Both the position numbers and the translations under genes were made by a program. Below, piece by piece: positions 42,289-45,967 of a stretch of DNA of 45,967 nt. Origin of the DNA: Candidatus Methylomirabilia bacterium (GTDB lineage: Bacteria > Methylomirabilota > Methylomirabilia > Rokubacteriales > CSP1-6); the NCBI GenBank assembly GCA_041492755.1, contig JBGPXN010000016.1, positions 1-45,967 of the forward strand, read 5' to 3'. Under the pieces are notes generated by a model. That model was not told where the DNA came from, did no database searches, and was given only the letters and a program-made list of their open reading frames with translations. The first letter of the stretch is position 1, and every line of letters starts with the position of its first letter.

Positions 42289-43788
42289 ATGGTGACCGAC
42301 GCCGCTTCCCCCCGATTCCGTGTTCGGCACGCGCTGCCCGAAACTCGCTGGCCCACCCGGGAGGAGGCCGCACGCGCGCGCTGGTTCGCCCCGGCCCGTA
42401 TCGGGTCGCTCGCCGTCGAGCAGCGTACGTGGGTGCCCGCGATGGTGCCGTGGCGGGCCACCGAGGACGGTTTCGTCACGCCGGAGGTCCTCGACTGGTA
42501 CGCGCGCTTTGCCGCGGGCCGGCCGGGGGTGCTGGTCGTCGAGGCCACCGGCATCCGCGACGTGCCGAGCGGGCCGCTGCTGCGCATCGGCGACGACCGG
42601 TTCGTCCCGGGCCTGCGCCGTCTCGTGGAGACGGTCCGCGCGCGCAGCGCCGGCCACACGCGCCTGTTCATCCAGATCCTCGACTTCGTGAGCGTGCGTC
42701 GCCGTCCGACGCCCGAGCGGTTCTTCGGCCGCTACCTGGACGTCGATGCCGCCCTCCGTGCGCGACTGGCCGATGCGCTCGGTGACGACGCGTGGATCCG
42801 CGTGCCGGAGGATGCGGTGCGGACTCGGCTGCTCGCCGCCGATCGCGCGTTGATCGACCGGGTCCTCACCGACCGCGAGCGCGAGTCATTGGACTACGGG
42901 TATCGCGAGCGGATCTGGGACCTGCACGTGCCCCACATCCGCGCCCTCCCGCACGCGCTGCCGGGCCTCTTCGCCGAGGCCGCCCGCCGCGCGCGCGAGG
43001 CCGGCTTCGACGGGGTGGAGCTGCACTACGCCCACGCGTACACGATGGCCTCGTTCCTCTCGCGGCTGAACGTGCGCGACGACGGCTATGGGGGAAGCCG
43101 TGAGGGTCGCGTGCGCTTGCCGCTGGACGTCCTCGCCTCCGTGCGCGCGCGCGCCGGGACCGACTACGTCGTCGGCATTCGTTACCTCGGCGACGAGGTC
43201 ATCGCGGGCGGCAGCGATCTCGACGATGCGGTGTGGTTCGGCGTGCAGTTCGCCGCGGGCGCCGTGGACTACCTGTCAGTCTCCAAGGGCGGCCGCTTCG
43301 AGGACGCCCGCCAGCCGAAAGTTGGCGACGCGGTCTATCCGTACACCGGCCGCTCCGGCTCCGAGTGCATGCCGACGGTCATCTCCGACGATCGTGGCCC
43401 GTTCGGACGCAACGTCCCGCTGGCCGCCACCATCCGCGGCGCCGTCCGGGCCGCCGGGTACGAGACGCCGGTCGTCACCAGCGGCGGCATCGGGACCTTC
43501 GAGCACGCCGAGGCCATTCTGGAGCGCGGTGAGGCGGACTTCGTGGCGGCGGCGCGCCAGAGCCTGGCCGATCCGGACTGGTTCAGGAAGATCCGTCTCG
43601 GCCTCGGTCACCTCGTGCGGCGCTGCGAGTTCACCAACTACTGCGAGGGGCTCGACCAGCACCACAAGCAGGTGACCTGCAAGCTCTGGGACCGTGACGT
43701 CGATCCCGGCGATCCGGGCGTGCGGCTGGCCCGCGATGGTCGCCGGCGTCTCAGTGCACCGACCTGGACGCCGCCAGGCTCGCAATGA
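42289..43788 (+). CDS. NADH:flavin oxidoreductase (Old Yellow Enzyme-like)
   Basis: VPAMV, LVVEATG, AGFDGVELHYAHAY, NVRDDGYGGS.EGRVR, GGI, ADFVAAARQSLADPDW. Confidence 0.9.
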   Translation: MVTDAASPRFRVRHALPETRWPTREEAARARWFAPARIGSLAVEQRTWVPAMVPWRATEDGFVTPEVLDWYARFAAGRPGVLVVEATGIRDVPSGPLLRIGDDRFVPGLRRLVETVRARSAGHTRLFIQILDFVSVRRRPTPERFFGRYLDVDAALRARLADALGDDAWIRVPEDAVRTRLLAADRALIDRVLTDRERESLDYGYRERIWDLHVPHIRALPHALPGLFAEAARRAREAGFDGVELHYAHAYTMASFLSRLNVRDDGYGGSREGRVRLPLDVLASVRARAGTDYVVGIRYLGDEVIAGGSDLDDAVWFGVQFAAGAVDYLSVSKGGRFEDARQPKVGDAVYPYTGRSGSECMPTVISDDRGPFGRNVPLAATIRGAVRAAGYETPVVTSGGIGTFEHAEAILERGEADFVAAARQSLADPDWFRKIRLGLGHLVRRCEFTNYCEGLDQHHKQVTCKLWDRDVDPGDPGVRLARDGRRRLSAPTWTPPGSQ

Positions 43789-43794
43789 TCCCGG

Positions 43795-45150
43795 TCAGCT
43801 CGGCGCGGCGTGCGCTCCCACCTTGGCCACGAGCCAGCGCGCGGTGCGCAGCAATCGCGCGTCGCCATGACGCGGGCCCACCAGCTGGACCCCCAGCGGC
43901 AGGCCGTGGGCCCCCTGCATGAGCGGCACGCTCACGGCCGGCATCCCACACAGCGTCCATAGCGTACAGAATGCCGGATCCCCCGTGGACTCCAGGCCCA
44001 TCGGCGCCGTCCCGAAGGCGGACGGCGTGAGGATCGCGTCGAAGCGCTGCTCGAACAGCTCGGTGAAGCTCGCGATGAGCCGCGGAATACCGGCGAGCGC
44101 GCGCAGGTACTCGAACGCGCGGGCCGCCCGCCCGCTCTCGATTCGCTCGCGGATGGCGGCGGAAAGTCCCGCGCGCCCCCTGTCCCACTCGCGGGCGAGG
44201 TTGACGGCCATCTCGGACTCCATGATGACCCGCTGCCACCCGGACGCGTCCTCCGCGGCCGCGCCGAAGAGCTCGAGCTCCTCCACCCGGTCGCCGAGCA
44301 CGTCGGTCAGCTCTGCGAAGGCCGCCCTGGTGTCGTCGTCCACACCGTCCCACCGCGGCGTCTTCACGAAGGCGAACATCGGCGGCAACGGCGGCTCCTC
44401 GCCCGCCACCTCCCGATAGGCCACCCGTGGGCGCGGTCGAGTATCCGGATCCCGCTCGTCATAGCCGACGAGCTGCTCCATCAGCAGCGCGAGGTCGTCG
44501 ATCGTCCGCGAGAACAGTCCGACGTGATCCAGCGTGCGCGAGAGCTGGAACATCCCGTGCCGCGGAATCAACCCGTGCGTCGGCTTGAGGCCGTAGATCC
44601 CACAGTACGACGCCGGCCGGATGGTCGAGCCTCCCGTCTGGCTCCCGAGGGCCAGCGGCACCATCCCCGCCGCCACCGCCGCCGCCGATCCACTCGAAGA
44701 GCCACCTGGCGTGTGCGCCGGGTTGTGCGGGTTGCGCGTCTTGCCCGGATGTCGGGTAGCGAACTCCGTCGTCACCGTCTTGCCCATGATGACCGCGCCG
44801 GCCGCGCGCAGCATGGCCACCACGCTCGCATCGCGCGACGGCGTCCGCCCCGCGTGCAACACCGACCCATTCTCGGTCGGCATATCGCCAGTGTCGATGA
44901 TGTCCTTCAGTCCCACCGGCACCCCATGCAAAGCCCCGATCGGCTGCCCGGAGAGTCGGTATTCATCGGCCGCGCGCGCCTGGGCCAAGGCATGCTCGGG
45001 GTCCAGGAACGTCCACGCCTGCACCCGCCCGTCGATCTCACGTATCCGGGCCAGACACGCCTCGACCAGCTGCTGCGACGTGATCATTCCGTCCCTGATC
45101 TGCCGCGCCGCTTCCGTTGCCGACAGCCAGTGCAGATTCGTTCCATCCAT
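43795..45150 (-). CDS. Amidase-signature family protein
   Basis: GVPVGLKDII, GKTVTTEFA, TPGGSSSGSAAAVA, GSQTGGSTIRPASYCG, GLPLGVQLVG. Confidence 0.93.
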   Translation of the reverse strand: MDGTNLHWLSATEAARQIRDGMITSQQLVEACLARIREIDGRVQAWTFLDPEHALAQARAADEYRLSGQPIGALHGVPVGLKDIIDTGDMPTENGSVLHAGRTPSRDASVVAMLRAAGAVIMGKTVTTEFATRHPGKTRNPHNPAHTPGGSSSGSAAAVAAGMVPLALGSQTGGSTIRPASYCGIYGLKPTHGLIPRHGMFQLSRTLDHVGLFSRTIDDLALLMEQLVGYDERDPDTRPRPRVAYREVAGEEPPLPPMFAFVKTPRWDGVDDDTRAAFAELTDVLGDRVEELELFGAAAEDASGWQRVIMESEMAVNLAREWDRGRAGLSAAIRERIESGRAARAFEYLRALAGIPRLIASFTELFEQRFDAILTPSAFGTAPMGLESTGDPAFCTLWTLCGMPAVSVPLMQGAHGLPLGVQLVGPRHGDARLLRTARWLVAKVGAHAAPS

Positions 45151-45170
45151 TCTCAGACCTCACTTGGTGA

Positions 45171-45380
45171 CGGGAGCCGGGGGGCGGTCGGAGGGAGCGG
45201 GGGGCGGTCGGAGGGAGCCGGGGGCGGTCGGAGGGGCCTCTGACCACGGTCCTTGGCGCACCGGTCATCGGTGTGCCGTTCCCATTCTCCACCGTTGCGT
45301 CGCAACCGCGCATATCGGGAACGGGTCACCCGGCTCCCTCCGACCGCCCCCGGCTCCCTCCGACCGCCCCCCGGCTCCCG
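45171..45380. repeat. Inverted arrays of a 20-nt tandem unit forming a 52-bp inverted repeat
   Basis: GGGAGCCGGGGGCGGTCGGA x3 at 45172-45232; reverse-complement copies at 45329-45380; arms 45171-45222 and 45329-45380 differ at one position. Confidence 0.92.
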
Positions 45381-45967
45381 GCGCCGCGTGGCCTAAAGAA
45401 TACCGACGCCATGCACCGCCGTCACGCAGAAGCGATCCGCCAGCCCGACGACGGCTGTGCGCTGTCCCCACACTCACTCGAGCTGACGCGCCCCGGCGCA
45501 AGCTCCCCGTTCCTCCCGCGGCGCAGAACGCGACGACCACCGCCGCAAAACGCTCGGCGACCGAACGTCCGGCCCGCCGTCGCGTCGCGAGCGCGGCGAA
45601 CGCGAGCACCTCCGCGCAACCGACACGACCGCACCTGAATCAAGCCGCCGCATTTCCGCCCCCGCCGACAACGCCACCCCCGCCGGACACCGGACATCGT
45701 GATAGCACCCGCGCCCAACCACTCACCTGCCTGACCAACCATACAGCCCCCGCCACGCTCAATCCCTGGTGATGGCAAAAGCGCCAGCGTCCTGGTTCCT
45801 ATCCGGCGATGCGAACGCGAGCCCCATCGCCGCGCGCGGGCGGGGGGTGGGTGGAGGGGGCGCCGGTTGACCCATTCCAGTTATGCGTGGTTGCGACGCA
45901 ACGGTGGAGAATGGGAACGGCACACCGATGACCGGTGCGCCAAGGACCGTGGTCAGAGGCCCCTCCG
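45229..45967. repeat. Long inverted repeat pair (about 106 bp) flanking a ~530-bp interior; possible MITE-like element, cut by the window end
   Basis: 45229-45307 is the exact reverse complement of 45889-45967; similarity extends to 45334 and 45862 with 5 mismatches. Confidence 0.85.

Noticed and set aside
45172..45380. CRISPR array
   Set aside because: Units are directly tandem with no unique spacers, occur in both orientations, and no cas genes are present.
45381..45860. ORFs inside the terminal inverted repeat (e.g. 45422-45778 minus) as a transposase
   Set aside because: Low-complexity Arg/Gly-rich translations with no DDE, HUH or recombinase motifs.

Overview
High-GC (roughly 70% by eye) bacterial chromosomal segment from a diderm organism. 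Gene style and intergenic palindromes resemble Candidatus Rokubacteria/Methylomirabilota (inference only). It carries about 48 genes: a VOC protein divergent from a NitT/TauT ABC importer, several lipoproteins and secreted proteins, cobS with a cobC-like phosphatase, GTP-PEPCK, a HAMP adenylate cyclase, an acyl-CoA carboxyltransferase, aroQ, a ZIP transporter, a contiguous type II secretion cluster (gspE-F-G-H-I-J-K-L-M-C-D), btpA, a GH3 lipoprotein, nucleoside hydrolase/ribokinase, a CoA-transferase homologue, an SDR, an OYE-type flavoprotein and an amidase. No rRNA, tRNA, CRISPR array or transposase was recognised. Most notable: (1) an Rdx/SelW-type selenoprotein (CGE-UGA plus a SECIS-like hairpin) missing from the ORF track; (2) an ECF sigma factor fused to a TM/signal-like helix and an extracytoplasmic domain, with no anti-sigma gene; (3) an MlaC-linker-SPOR fusion; (4) a gspG frame open back to the gspF stop through a perfect 22-bp palindrome, and a gspH with no canonical nearby start; (5) a CoA-transferase homologue lacking the catalytic Glu; (6) a nested inverted-repeat element at the right end and a dispersed REP-like family. 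All family calls come from motif recognition by eye, not database searches.
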